Of a stretch of DNA of 64,000 bases, positions 1 through 22,961 are shown one piece after another. Position 1 is the first letter of the stretch, and every line of letters starts with the position of its first letter. Below the pieces are notes generated by a model. That model ran no database searches and was not told where the DNA came from. It was given only the letters and a program-made list of their open reading frames with translations. This stretch comes from Hormiphora californensis (taxonomy: Eukaryota; Animalia; Ctenophora), in contig CM035360.1 of NCBI GenBank assembly GCA_020137815.1, forward strand, positions 7,750,001-7,814,000. Reading direction: 5' to 3'. The position numbers and the translations under genes were made by a program.

Positions 1-8894
<8,894 letters not shown>

Positions 8895-9976
8895 AATTTT
8901 AGAAAAGCAATGACTACTAAACTGTCTCGTTAAAGGGTTGTACCATACATGAGGCATGCGGTTTTATCGAAAAACCGCATGCCCTTGATTGCATTGTTAT
9001 AGGCTGAAAAGCGGGTGTGAAGAGGGACAAAGACAACTGCCAAGCAACAACCATCGGCAACTACTGGTGTGAGAATGCTGCCTGCTAAAGGTGTTAGGTA
9101 AACATTGGTGCGTCGCTGAATATTTACCCGGCCGACGACCCGGCTATATTTACCAACCACCAGATGATTTCTATCAAAAACAATGAGAGAGAGAGAGAGA
9201 GAAAATTGTGTGGGAGAGAGATAGAGAGAAAGAGAGAGAAAGAGACAGAGATAAAGATTTGAGAAGAAAATAGTTGTATTATATGGACGAATATCAATGA
9301 TGAGATCTTGTTCAGGATTAAATAGGGAGGAAAATTAGAAAAATATATCTGGCGATATTATATGGACGGACGCACTTTTCTCGCCGATATAATGAATATT
9401 TCAGTAATCAAATTATCTTGTCCCTAAGGCGAGTGGGTAAGATTCCATACATCACAGCCTTATCAAACGTTTATTTACCGCCTAAGTGGGTGAAGAATGG
9501 CGTGATGGTCGGGACGGGTAGGTTCACCCGACACCCGTGCTGGACAGGCGCTGTATAAGGCGTGCCGTTGGGACATCATGTTTTGTATGGCAGCCCAATA
9601 ACAAACACCTTGCAAAACTATGGATGAGGATTGAGGAGAAGTGACAAAAAAAGAAAAAGAATGGTGTGATGGGTTTTAATATGTATCTGAAACTACTTAG
9701 CATAATCGCACCTCCACCATATCACCACCATTTTCCTGCTGACGGTTATATGCGGTGTCCCATCTTCCTGCTTGTTCTGTATGGCGCCGCCATACCCCAT
9801 TTGATTCTCAACAGTGCGCTCAGATGGGGTCGCGGCGTCAGACAGTGCTTGTTCAGGTATACCATTCAAATTCTTGGTGGTCTTGGTGGCGGGGTCAACA
9901 GCCGTATAGAGGTGTGTGAGCTGGTGTACGGTTTCGGTACAGATAAAGCACATCTCCGATAACAGCACTTCTCATT

Positions 9977-12900
9977 ATGGTCCTAGTTGTGTTCTTAGTT
10001 TTCCACCTGCTTTCACTGGCACAAGGTGAGGGCACGTCATTGAAACTAGTTGAATGTCTTGTTTTGGCTTTTGGCTTTTGGTGCTTGGGTGGGGGGGATA
10101 GAACGGGAAACTATGAAACGCCCGGGAAAATGGGTAAAGATAAGGGCAGTGTTGTTATTGTCCAGTTTAATATCCTCTTGGTGACGCAGTCACCCCTCCA
10201 CTACCGCGTGCAGCTTGGCAAATGAAGCCCGTGATGGCATCACCAACATATATCCTCCTGTATTGATCCATGTTTCAGGGCTGTCTCATTAGTGATACAG
10301 CTTGGAGCAGCTTCCAGTTTCAAGACCCAACCACCCAGTCATGGAAGTGTCCATCATTATGGAGCATGTACGTTCAACAGAGAGATGAAGAGGAAATCAC
10401 GTGTTTAGATTCTAGTTTTCATGGAAGAATGAGTTTTGTTTGATCAGGTTGTTGCTATCATTATTCTTTGGTAGGTCGGAGTTCGTGTCAGAGAGAACCG
10501 ATTCCTCAGTTTTGCCCCTGGATACAGCTAATTTGACTGCACAGGTGATATTGGATGGGAACACTACAACAATTCAGCTGTGCTCACAAAGTAAGTTCTA
10601 ATCTCTAAACTTTCTACAAAACTATAATAAGAGCACCACATTTTCAGTGACAAAGGGTACACAAAAGTGGCCTCCAGGACCCTACTGTATCCCTACCCCG
10701 GGTAACTGCGGAAGTGGTCTTGTTAAGAAGTCAGTTGTTGTGGTTGCACCTGGGCGTAATTTCACCTGTGGAGATGACCTACCCTTCCAGGACTGCAAGG
10801 AGGGACAATTCTCACTAAACTTGTGCTGCCCAGATGTAAGTGCGATATTTCATATTGTCTTGACTCTTGCTGACAAAGAGGCTCATTTCAGGATCAAACA
10901 GCTGGTGAGGATGGCTATTTGAAAACCACGGCACCAACCCGAGACCCTTTTACCCTTGCAAAGACAGCCTCAACATGCCCCAAAATTTGGGGATTTCGTG
11001 TCACTGAAGAATCGGTTACCATTGGTAACGCGTCAGCTACAAGCGACTATGGAAACTTCACTGACGGCTCCTCACTTGACCATCTGGTCTTGAAATTCTG
11101 TCATTACAATAACAGTAAGTTTGTGATTCCCACTTCCTCCCATAATGTTGTCCTTGTTTCCTCTCACTATATGTAAATCTCTACTCTCCCTTCAGTAACG
11201 TGTCCATGGGCTCCAGCAAACGATTACGCTAGTCCGGCGACTTTTGACGACTGCAATCAACAAGAATTTATGATGTGCAAATCTGGCTATAAAGCACAGC
11301 CTGAAAATTCTAATAAATTTTACTGGAACCACTGTTTAGAATCGGGGCTATACGAATCAGATGAGTACTGCGGAGGTTAGTATTATGCTTAGCGGTAAGG
11401 ATAATGGTTATAGCGGTGAGGATAATGATGATTGTGGTGAGGAAATATTGTACGTATTATCTAGTTCATCATCCACCTCATGTTCCCCTGCAGCCCAGTG
11501 TCCAGATATAACGCCAACTGTTGATAATGGGACGGCCACCCAGGACTCAGATGGTATATGGCATGTGACATGTGATATTGGTCACGTGCTAAATGGACCA
11601 GTCAGTTCAGAGTGTCTGAGGAATGGGAGCTGGTCACATGACCTTAACACTACCACCTGTACCTACTGTGAGTTGTAAACTAGTCCATTGTATCTAGAGA
11701 TGACTATATTTCAACTACCCCACAGTGAAGTGCAAAACCAGTGCTCTACCCCGGGGTGGAAACAGAGCAAAGGGGGTTACAGACGGTTCGAAGGATCCCT
11801 ACGCGTATGGGCACAATGTCTCCATTGCTTGTAGAAGACCTGGCAGAGAGTGAGTACACAATTATAAGCATTTCTATTTGTCCTTGGAGGCAACAGTTGT
11901 AACTGAACCTCAGTTTTTAATATATTATATTAATGCCTAATGCCTATTTAGACCTGAACATAGCCATGTTTTCACCCGCTGTTTAGAAGCATACCCTCTC
12001 TATACCATCCTCTCTTCCAACCTCTCTCTCTGCAGACATTGCGACTACTACCCGGACTATGTGCTGACACATAACACAACATGTCTTGCCAATGGTTCCT
12101 GGAGCTACATTCCCAGATGCTTAGTAGGAGGTAATATCATGCAGAACAGCTGAGTGGGTAGCTTACAATATAACTTGCAACAATTATAATTTCAAAACAG
12201 CCATTTAAAACCACCATGCTGCTTCATCAAGTTAACATGTGACACTATTCCTCCTGTCAGTTGATTGTGGTGTTCCGGGAAATACCAGCACGGCGAGGGC
12301 TGGTATTAACACTACCGAACTAGTGTGTACTGATACAGTGGTTTACACATGCAATGAACACCATGAAATATCAAACAAGGTATCTGACATGAGTACAACA
12401 GATGAGGTGTTAATAAGGTGGTTAATTTTCAAACTAATTATCTCAGGATACTCCTTGATCTACCGAACCCTCACATAATGAGAGGTAATCCTCTATAACT
12501 ATTACCATAGGACAGTTTGACATTAACGTGCCGGTCCAATGGAACCTGGGATAGGGAACCCCCTGAGTGCCCTATTGTGTTCTGTGACAATCCTACCATC
12601 AACATCACGTAGGTCTAGTTAGATGTCTCCCAGCTTAGAATATGAACTGTGCTCTCTCTACCATACTGCCACAAGCATCTCAGTATCGTGGACAAAGCTT
12701 TATTATTATCAAGGTGTTCCGGTCTTAGTATCAGATGACAATTTATATCAAATGAGAATATTTTATACTGTCCAAACCAGCCGAATGGCGTGATGTTTTT
12801 ATAAACTGAATTATGTATACCTAGTAAAGTTTATCTTTTTAAACACCCCCTTTATAACAGGGACGGCGAGGCAATGATACACTATCCGAACGGCACCATT

Positions 12901-15900
12901 ACACGGGACCCTCCCCCTCTGTTCCTGGCCAACTTCACGATTCACTACGAGTGTGAACCTACCTTTGGACTGATAGGTGATGAGAGGATAACCTGCCAGG
13001 AAAATGGTACCTGGAATGGCACATCAGTAGCTTCTTGCAAACTTGGTTAGTGTTGTGTAGTAGTGATGTTGTGATGTGTTTTAGTACCACTGTATAATGT
13101 ACCTCCCTTCCTCTCTTCCCAGTATCGTGTCCAGTGCCTCCTGTTAATATTGAACATGGACACCGCAATGACACATTGGTGGATCACACTTCCTTCCACC
13201 TCGGAGATCAGGTACATTACACATGCTGCTAGTTACACACAGCTAGACCAGGTACATTACACATGCTGCTAGTTACACACAGCTAGACCAGGTACATTAC
13301 ACATGCTGCTAGTTACACACAGCTAGACCAGGTACATTACACATGCTGCTAGTTACACACAGCTAGACCAGGTACATTACACATGCTGCTAGTTACACAC
13401 AGCTACACCAGGTACATTACACACATGCTGCTAGTTACACACAGCTAGACCAGGTACATTACACATGCTGCTAGTTACACACAGCTAGACCAGGTACATT
13501 GTACACATCATGTTGCTGCCTGCTAGTTACACATGTGGTAAAGAAGTGACACATCATGTGGTAAAGAAGTGACAGATCATTTGGTACAGGAATTACACTA
13601 GCTGCTAGACAATCAAACACAATGTGAACCTCACTTATTGGGCCTCCCCTATAACTGCCCCGAAGACACCTGTTTACAACCCCCTCGGCCCTCCCAGGTA
13701 GAGTATGAGTGTGAAGAGGTCTGTGAATCAGGGATTTGTAATGACGATTACACCCTCAACTACACGGGCCCTATCTCCTGTGTGGAGGATGGGACCTGGG
13801 CTCCCTGCCTTCCGACATGTGATCTTGCAGAGTGCGGTCCACCTCCTGCTGTCGACCATTCTATACCACCTGGTACATACATGTTCCCTTTACATCGTGA
13901 TACACGTCATGTTTGTAGCACATCAGTCCCTTCATTTCCAGCTACAAACAGTTACCAACAGACCCTCCATTACTGATTGAAGCAAGGAAGGGTTTCATAT
14001 TATAATGTTTCTCTAAATCCCCGCCTAACTGTGTTCTGTTCCTTACAACCGGACCCTTCTTTCTCAGCGGGCCCATTCACGGTCCACACGAGGTTGAGTT
14101 ACCAGTGTGAGAGGGGGTTCAGGATATCTGGATCTCACCAGCTGAAGTGCGGCTTCAAGGACGGGATACTGGGCTGGCAGTATAATGGGAAACTTCCTAC
14201 ATGTGATATTAGTGAGTACCTATGAGTTCTCTGAGAAATTATCATGTCACAATGCATTATATCATATCTATATCGAAGATACAAGATGTATATTATTGTT
14301 TGTTAGCTCAAGAACCCATTCCCAGTACCGTGTGTTGCCCCACCAACCAACATTTCTCACGGGACCTATCTGAACACAACTACCTCCTACCTATACGGGG
14401 CTACCCTGGCATTCAACTGCAGTATAGGATACAACTCAACAAAACACCCCTACCCCTCTACCAACAACTACACTACACACTGCTCAGAGGACGAGAAGTG
14501 GCATCCTAAACCTGAGTGAGTCATTTACATGTCATCTAGTTAACCGTGTTGTACCACACTACCCCAGAACTACCCCTCCAACCACACCCCTAACTCAGCC
14601 CCTGAACTACCCCTCCAACCACTTAACTCAGCCCCCAGAACTACCCCTCCAACCACCTAACTCTCCCCCAGAGATACCCCTCTAACCACCTAGCTCACCC
14701 CCTCTCCCCAGAGATACCCTCTCTAACCACCTAACTCACCCCCTCTCCCAGATGTTCCGCAGTACACTGCCTACAACCCGGTATAGCTTACAGTATAGTT
14801 AACGACACAAGATCTCTAATTCCATACGGGGTCTGGATGGAAGTTAGATGTGACACGATCAGGCAGCCTCTGGAGCAGAATATACAGTGTGGGCATGATG
14901 GGGATTGGAAACCACAGATAGGAAACACTCTCATTTCATGCCATGGTATGGTCATTGAGCAGTCAGATTTGTTTTGGAAACTTTCAAACAAACTAAATCA
15001 GTAAAGAATTCATCTTGGTTGGTTGGTTGGTTTCTCTAGCTCTTCATTTGCTTCTTGTCTTCTTGACTTGGTCTGTCTTATCTTATTGACTTGATTTGAC
15101 TTGATTTGACTTGACTTGACTTGACTTGACTTGACTTGACTTGACTTGACTTGACTTGACTTGACTTGACTTGACTTGACTTGACTTGACTTGACTTGAC
15201 TTGACTTGACTTTATCTATCGGTCTACAAGGATCTAGATTTTGGGATATAGGGTTTTGTGGGATTGACCGTACCCACGGAGCCATCAACCAACCAGGCTC
15301 ACGGCAGAGGGACGATGATCACACAAGAAGTTTGTGTGGCCATCGCTGGTACGAAGAGTCACTATGAAATTGTTAGGCATTATCTGACTTCCAAAAAAGG
15401 AGTCAGATACTGCCTGACAATCGCATAGTGACTCCCCCCTCTGGGAACCCGGACCCTCCCACGCCTCCCCCGTATCCTGCTTGCCAGGCAGAATAGGAGT
15501 CAGAGTGAGAGGACCCGGGAACCGCTGATAAACAGCAAAAGGTCTTTCTTCGTCAATTGGCCTACTTGCCAGTAGAATCTCTGGAGGTTGAAGCAGGACA
15601 GTCAGTCACGAGGCAGTGAGACCAAGAGAACCAGACAGGATGGAGAGCCGGAGCACACACGTCTCACTAAAGGCTTACTCCATCTGAAGGATAACAGAAT
15701 CCGCTGAGGGGACGGGTGCGTCCTTGCCCGGTACAAGACCGAGCTCGACATCCGTCTGGACCTCAACGGTAGAGGAATTACCTGACTGGCCAGCTATCCT
15801 CCGTGCTGCCCGGTCTACGACCTGGGAAAGTGCCAGCCAGGATTGGCGTCCAGATTCCTTGATGAGGTCCCTAGTGGCCATGTGCTCACGCACAAGTACA

Positions 15901-17814
15901 TCTAGGAGCTTCACCAAGGCAGCTAGACTGTGGGCCTTGGAGTCTGTCTGGTGTCTCTTGATGTCATCTGCCACGCGAAGGACTCCCCACTTCAGTGCTG
16001 TCAGGTTGTTCGTGACACGGGCTCCTGAAGAAGCAAGGTCAACAGTGACACCCTGAACAGACGCCTCCAGAGAACTGAGCCTCCCCGCAAAAGCGTGAAG
16101 GCCGGCAAGTATTGTAGACAACGCCGCTAGGACGAGGATGCCGACGAAGAGAAGACAGATTTCTACAGGAGAAATCATAGTGTTTACGAAACTTGACAAC
16201 AGCAAGTGAAAACAACAGCAAATCAATAGCAGTAAACGGACAAAGAATCTGCACGTGGTGACCGGTTTTATATAGACCTCCTGGTAGCCATGGTTACTGA
16301 CCAGATTTGGCACACTTCTAGCACGTGCTAGCTTGACAGGGGACTGGAGGGCTGAATTTGGACTCTGTCCAGCACTTTCTGACGCTATGACAGACCCGAT
16401 CTTGAAGAATAATCAAAACTGGGACCGGTGTCTGGCCTGTCACAAGATCAATAATGATGGGGTTTTACAGGAACGGGGCGCGCAATGCACTTTTAATGAT
16501 TAAACCAAACATTGTCAGCCCTAAATATACACAGTGTACATTGTATTGTCGGTCATTCTGTGCTCCACCCAAACATAAACTAGGCGCGATCGGAGTTGTT
16601 GTGATGGGAGATTTAAGTTGAGTTAACAATAAACTTCCTGACATCCCCCTATAGAGTCGCCAGTAACGGACCCTAATGTTGACCCTGCGCGACACACCAA
16701 GTGGATTTTCCTGGGGGTCGGTCTTGCCATGTTCATTGTATTGTTCATGCTGGTGTTGGTGTATGTGATAAAACAAAGGACTGCCAGGAGACGTGAAAAT
16801 AGGGATCCATTCTCAGAACATAACAGATACTCGTGAGTAACAGGAACATTACCGAGGTGTCAACACGGTGTGCGGACTCTAGTGCTACACTCTAAGTCTA
16901 CAGTGGACTCTATATCTAAATTTAGATTTAGATAAAGAGTCCAAATAAGTCTAAACTCTAGGAGGACTCTTTATCTAAAAAGTCTACACAGGGCGGACTC
17001 TTTATCTAAAAAGTCTAAACAAAGTGGACTCTATATCTACATAAATCTAAATTAGATATAGAGTCCGCCTTTCGCCGCGAACTCGAGATTTCGGCCGTTA
17101 GGCCGGAAACGAGAGTTTGCTCTACCCCTATACTGATTTAGAAGTGTTAGGGCCGTTATTTGGGTTCGAGGTTAGGGTTAGGGTTAGTGTTAGGGTTAGG
17201 TTTTGGGTTGGGTTAGGATTTTAGACATAGAGTCCGGGTTGGAGGATTTGGCGCCAAAATGTACTAGAGGACTCTATATCTAAAAATTCTACACAGGGCG
17301 GACTCTTTATCTAAAAAGTCTACACAGGGAGGACTCTTTATCTAAACTTTTTTCAAAATCTAACTGTAGATAAAGAGTCCGTTTTTAGATATAGAGTCCG
17401 CCTTGGATTTAGATAAAGAGTCCGTTAGCACTAGAGTCCGCCCACCGTGTCAACACAAACCAGTAGTTATAGTTAACCCGTCCCCGGCCCCGTTACCCCT
17501 TTAGGGGAAACTCTAACTGAATGGCATCCCATTAATGGGATCCCATCAACAGTAAAACTCTAACTGATAATGGACCACAGTGACGGTTCTTTCTCTGTAT
17601 TCTCTCTGTGTGCGCGCCCAATCAATCAATGCCCGGGCATGCCCAATGTACTGCCTACAGAGAGAATACAGAGAAAGAACCATCACTTTAGTCCATTATC
17701 AGTTAGAGTTTTACTGTTGATGGGATCTCATTAATGGGATGCCATTCAGTTAGAGTTTCCCCTTACCCCGTTCTGTTTGTTTTGGATCCACACCTACTAA
17801 ACATAAAAAATATA

Positions 17815-17845
<31 letters not shown>

Positions 17846-18978
17846 TTGAGTAACAACAACTCTCCCCAGAATGAATCCAGCCTACAGTGCAGAAAATAAT
17901 GCCCTAAGTGGGTTCAGTAACCCTAACTACGAAGGTAATAACTTAACAAATATGAAATATATACAAGTGCTAAAGCACTATTGTCATAGTGTCACACAGT
18001 ATACACTTGTCAGTCAGACGCGAGTAATAATCAGTAGATAATTTCCCGATCGGGGTTGCGGAAAGTGACAGAGAGGGCTCTCGAGAGAACGGGTGTTCGA
18101 CTAGTTCTCTGAATACCCCATTCCCAGGTGAGAATGGTGGTTTCCCACTGGCTCCACAAGGGACTGCTCCAGGGGGACGACTCATTCTGAAAGAGGCTGA
18201 GGGACATTCCCTACCAATTGGGTTCTCTAACAGACTAAACGAAGAGTAAGAACTAAAATACCTTTGTGCATTGAAACAACTTGAACTACCTACTAATTGT
18301 AGTAATATGTTGCTGTGTTCTCCCCTATATCCCCCATCCCAGGCCTGCTACATATGACACTCTAGCGAGGGTAAAGGGAGGTAACAGTCCAGGAGGTGAT
18401 ATAGCTATAGCTGCTGATGGACAATACAACACTCTGCCGGCAGCAAGGGGAGAGAACACTCAGGAGGAGGAGGAAGATTTGTACAATATCCCTACTGCAT
18501 CTTCTCAAAAACAGGTAGGATCATTTTGAGACACGTAACATTACCATCATAACCTGTATCATTCTCTCAGCAGCCCCAGCAACAGAGCACGCTGAAGAAT
18601 GATTATGTGACACACCCCCGAGTTAGAGGGAGTCAGATAGTTGCAGAGGATGAAGAGGAGGATATCTATAATGTGCCAACACTTAGACGAGGCCCTAACT
18701 ACCTACCACCCGATTTGTACGTGATATCTCTCTCAAATAACATATATGTAGCTAAATAGTACACCTCCCTTCCTATAACACTCGACTGTAATGTGTCACC
18801 CTTGAAACGCTCTATTTCTTTACTTTCTTGATAGAGACCATTATCAAAACACCCCCGCAGGATGTTGAGTGATGATGAGCAAGAGGTAAATGCAGTGTAC
18901 GCCAGCAGAACCGCAGCGGAGATATGCGGAACACCCATAGAGACTGATTTTGACAACATTATATACGACAATATCTAG
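9977..18978 (+). CDS. Type I membrane protein: signal peptide, ApeC (apextrin C-terminal)-like domain, about ten Sushi/CCP modules, TM helix, Tyr-motif cytoplasmic tail
   Basis: Signal peptide MVLVVFLVFHLLSLAQ|G. ApeC-like WPPGPYCIP..C...LP...LCC...PFTL....CP.I.GF.V..E.V...LKFCHY in exons 10648-11114. CCP motifs (C..P...NG...Y.C..G...C..NG.W....P.C) across 11196-16680. TM VGLAMFIVLFMLVLVYVI followed by KQRTARRR (~16717-16790). Tail ends IIYDNI* at 18978. Confidence 0.8.
13209..13500 (+). repeat. 40-bp minisatellite whose unit contains the intron donor (CAG|GTACAT), 8 donor copies
   Basis: Unit caggtacattacacatgctgctagttacacacagctagac; the first copy is the exon/intron junction at 13211/13212. 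Confidence 0.95.
14555..14751 (+). repeat. Degenerate ~35-40 bp tandem repeat of branch point + pyrimidine tract + CAG
   Basis: Repeated ctacccctccaaccac..ctaactca..ccccag, ending at the acceptor ctctcccag|ATGTTCC. Confidence 0.85.
15086..15211. repeat. (GACTT)n / (CAAGT)n pentanucleotide microsatellite
   Basis: Direct repeat run. Confidence 0.95.
15675..16178 (-). CDS. Intronless 167-aa ORF (N-terminal hydrophobic helix, then helical/coiled-coil-like region), antisense within an intron of the ApeC-Sushi gene
   Basis: ATG 16178, MISPVEICLLFVGILVLAALSTILAGL...; GC-richer than the host introns; TATATAAAA on the minus strand at 16266-16274. No recognisable family. Confidence 0.45.
   Translation of the reverse strand: MISPVEICLLFVGILVLAALSTILAGLHAFAGRLSSLEASVQGVTVDLASSGARVTNNLTALKWGVLRVADDIKRHQTDSKAHSLAALVKLLDVLVREHMATRDLIKESGRQSWLALSQVVDRAARRIAGQSGNSSTVEVQTDVELGLVPGKDAPVPSADSVILQME
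16866..17447. mobile_element. MITE with subterminal GGACTCT(A/T)TATCTA repeats and an internal TTAGGG-like tract
   Basis: TIRs (c)ggtgtgcggactctagtgcta / tagcactagagtccgcccacc(g). Flanking direct repeat (g)tgtcaaca(c), an 8-10 bp TSD. Near-identical inverted copy at 54778-55352. Confidence 0.9.
17504..17762. mobile_element. PIF/Harbinger (Tourist)-type MITE
   Basis: ~105 bp TIRs starting GGGGAAACTCTAACTGA; TTA on both flanks (17501-17503 and 17763-17765). Confidence 0.9.
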
Positions 18979-19169
18979 CTGGGAACTGTAATTAGTGGGA
19001 TAGCATATTGAAACTCTGATATTTTGTTGATTTTGTGAATTAATTGTTTGATTTTGTACGTTTCTGTTTACAGCTTTGCTAAGCTTAGGTTTGTCACCCG
19101 ATGAAATACTTGTTTTCGATCTGTTGACTACTTTGTATGCTAAATCTGTGGCACTCTTGAGTAACCTAT

Positions 19170-19612
19170 CACTCTACAGAGAGTACAGCCTTATATGAGA
19201 CAAAGGCAAGCTCTTGGAGCATCTCTCTGGGCATGTTATACAGCACGTGCTTTTTGGAAGTCTGCCAGGAAAATGTCCGGTCAACATATCACACTCTGTG
19301 TTGTCTCACGTGACTAAACTGCGCGCAGTTTGTTACAGGAATGCTCCCGCGCCTTCCATAGAAATGGGAATGAGTGTACTGATTTTTCACCGACGTGCGG
19401 GTCAAGCTGGCCCCGCGTCCTGTAATATCCATGGTATCCCTTCCTAATGAACCACTGGGTAGTATCATGGAAGGAGGGCTACATGGTGAGGCACCACCAC
19501 GGCAAAGTAGTGCCCAGGATGTTGTTACTAGTGGTACACACACCGCGTGTGACCGGTCTAACACGGCGGAGGAAGATGAGCCCAGGAGATACCCAGGATT
19601 ATCTTCATCCAT
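19170..19612 (-). CDS. Possible small intronless gene, frame-broken; unknown product
   Basis: ATG 19612 preceded by tttacag|aga. Coding-looking segments occur in successive frames and end ...MPREMLQELAFVSYKAVLSVE*. No family recognised. Confidence 0.3.
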
Positions 19613-19803
19613 TCTCTGTAAATACTAAATCTTAAAAAGCATGATTAAAAGGTTTTAACAAATTACTAAAACAAATTACATTAATTTTCGGAGATAAAAT
19701 GGAAGCCATATTGGGTAGTAAACAATCCCTTCACCAATATCCAACTTGGTTCATCTCTGGATTCATTCTCTGAATTTTAGAAAGTTCTCAATTTCATAAT
19801 ATC

Positions 19804-22276
<2,473 letters not shown>

Positions 22277-22484
22277 CTTAACACGCTACTAACGCATCTG
22301 CTAATCTACATTGTATTGATACTTTAATCTTTTTGAGGAGGGGGCACTCTACAGTCTACTCCAATAAATTTGATGCTGAGAGTAGAGAGTTCTCAGCTGT
22401 TATTATTACAATACGATCTGGGTATTACAATACGATCTGGGTGTTTGGTGGCCTGTTTGCAGGTGCCCGCTGCCAAAAAGTTGA

Positions 22485-22830
22485 TAGGGATCCCTAAAAA
22501 AGTTCAGTATTTACATTGGCCTATGCTACAGGCCCTAAAGCCGTGGAAAACGCGCGCACTTGGGGTCTGCAGCGCATGCCAAGTATTTACACAGCGTTTA
22601 CACAGTCTTAACACAGTCGTTACACCCAGAGCGGCGCGTGCTGCGTTTTGCGGCTTTTTCTAAGAAAATATTGGATTGTGTGCTGCACAATTGAGTAAAT
22701 TGAGCGCTGCGGCGAAAAAAGTTTCCGAAAACGCTGCAAATCGAGTGCGAAAGACGCGGGCGCTCTGGGTGTAATATAATAACGACTGTGTAAACGCTGT
22801 GTAAATACTGAACTTTTTTAGGGATCCCTA
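22485..22830. mobile_element. MITE, TAGGGATCCCTAAAAAAGTTCAG family
   Basis: Inverted termini tagggatccctaaaaaagttcagtatttaca / tgtaaatactgaacttttttagggatcccta. Related copies at 25298-25672 and ~53249-53600. Confidence 0.85.
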
Positions 22831-22961
22831 TTCCCTAAACAACAAAATTAAATTTTCAGCGCTCGACTTATTTAGGAAAGTGAATTTTTGGCAGCGTTTT
22901 AACCATTTGTAACGGGGGGTGGCGGCCAACATCGGCCTGAATATAAATACGTGTATACACT

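Noticed and set aside
13209-13500. CRISPR-like array (also 24707-24990 and 44411-44795)
   Set aside because: Units are contiguous with no unique spacers, there are no cas genes, and the context is eukaryotic.
17170-17220. Chromosome-end telomere or fusion scar
   Set aside because: The short degenerate TTAGGG tracts are internal parts of repeated elements.
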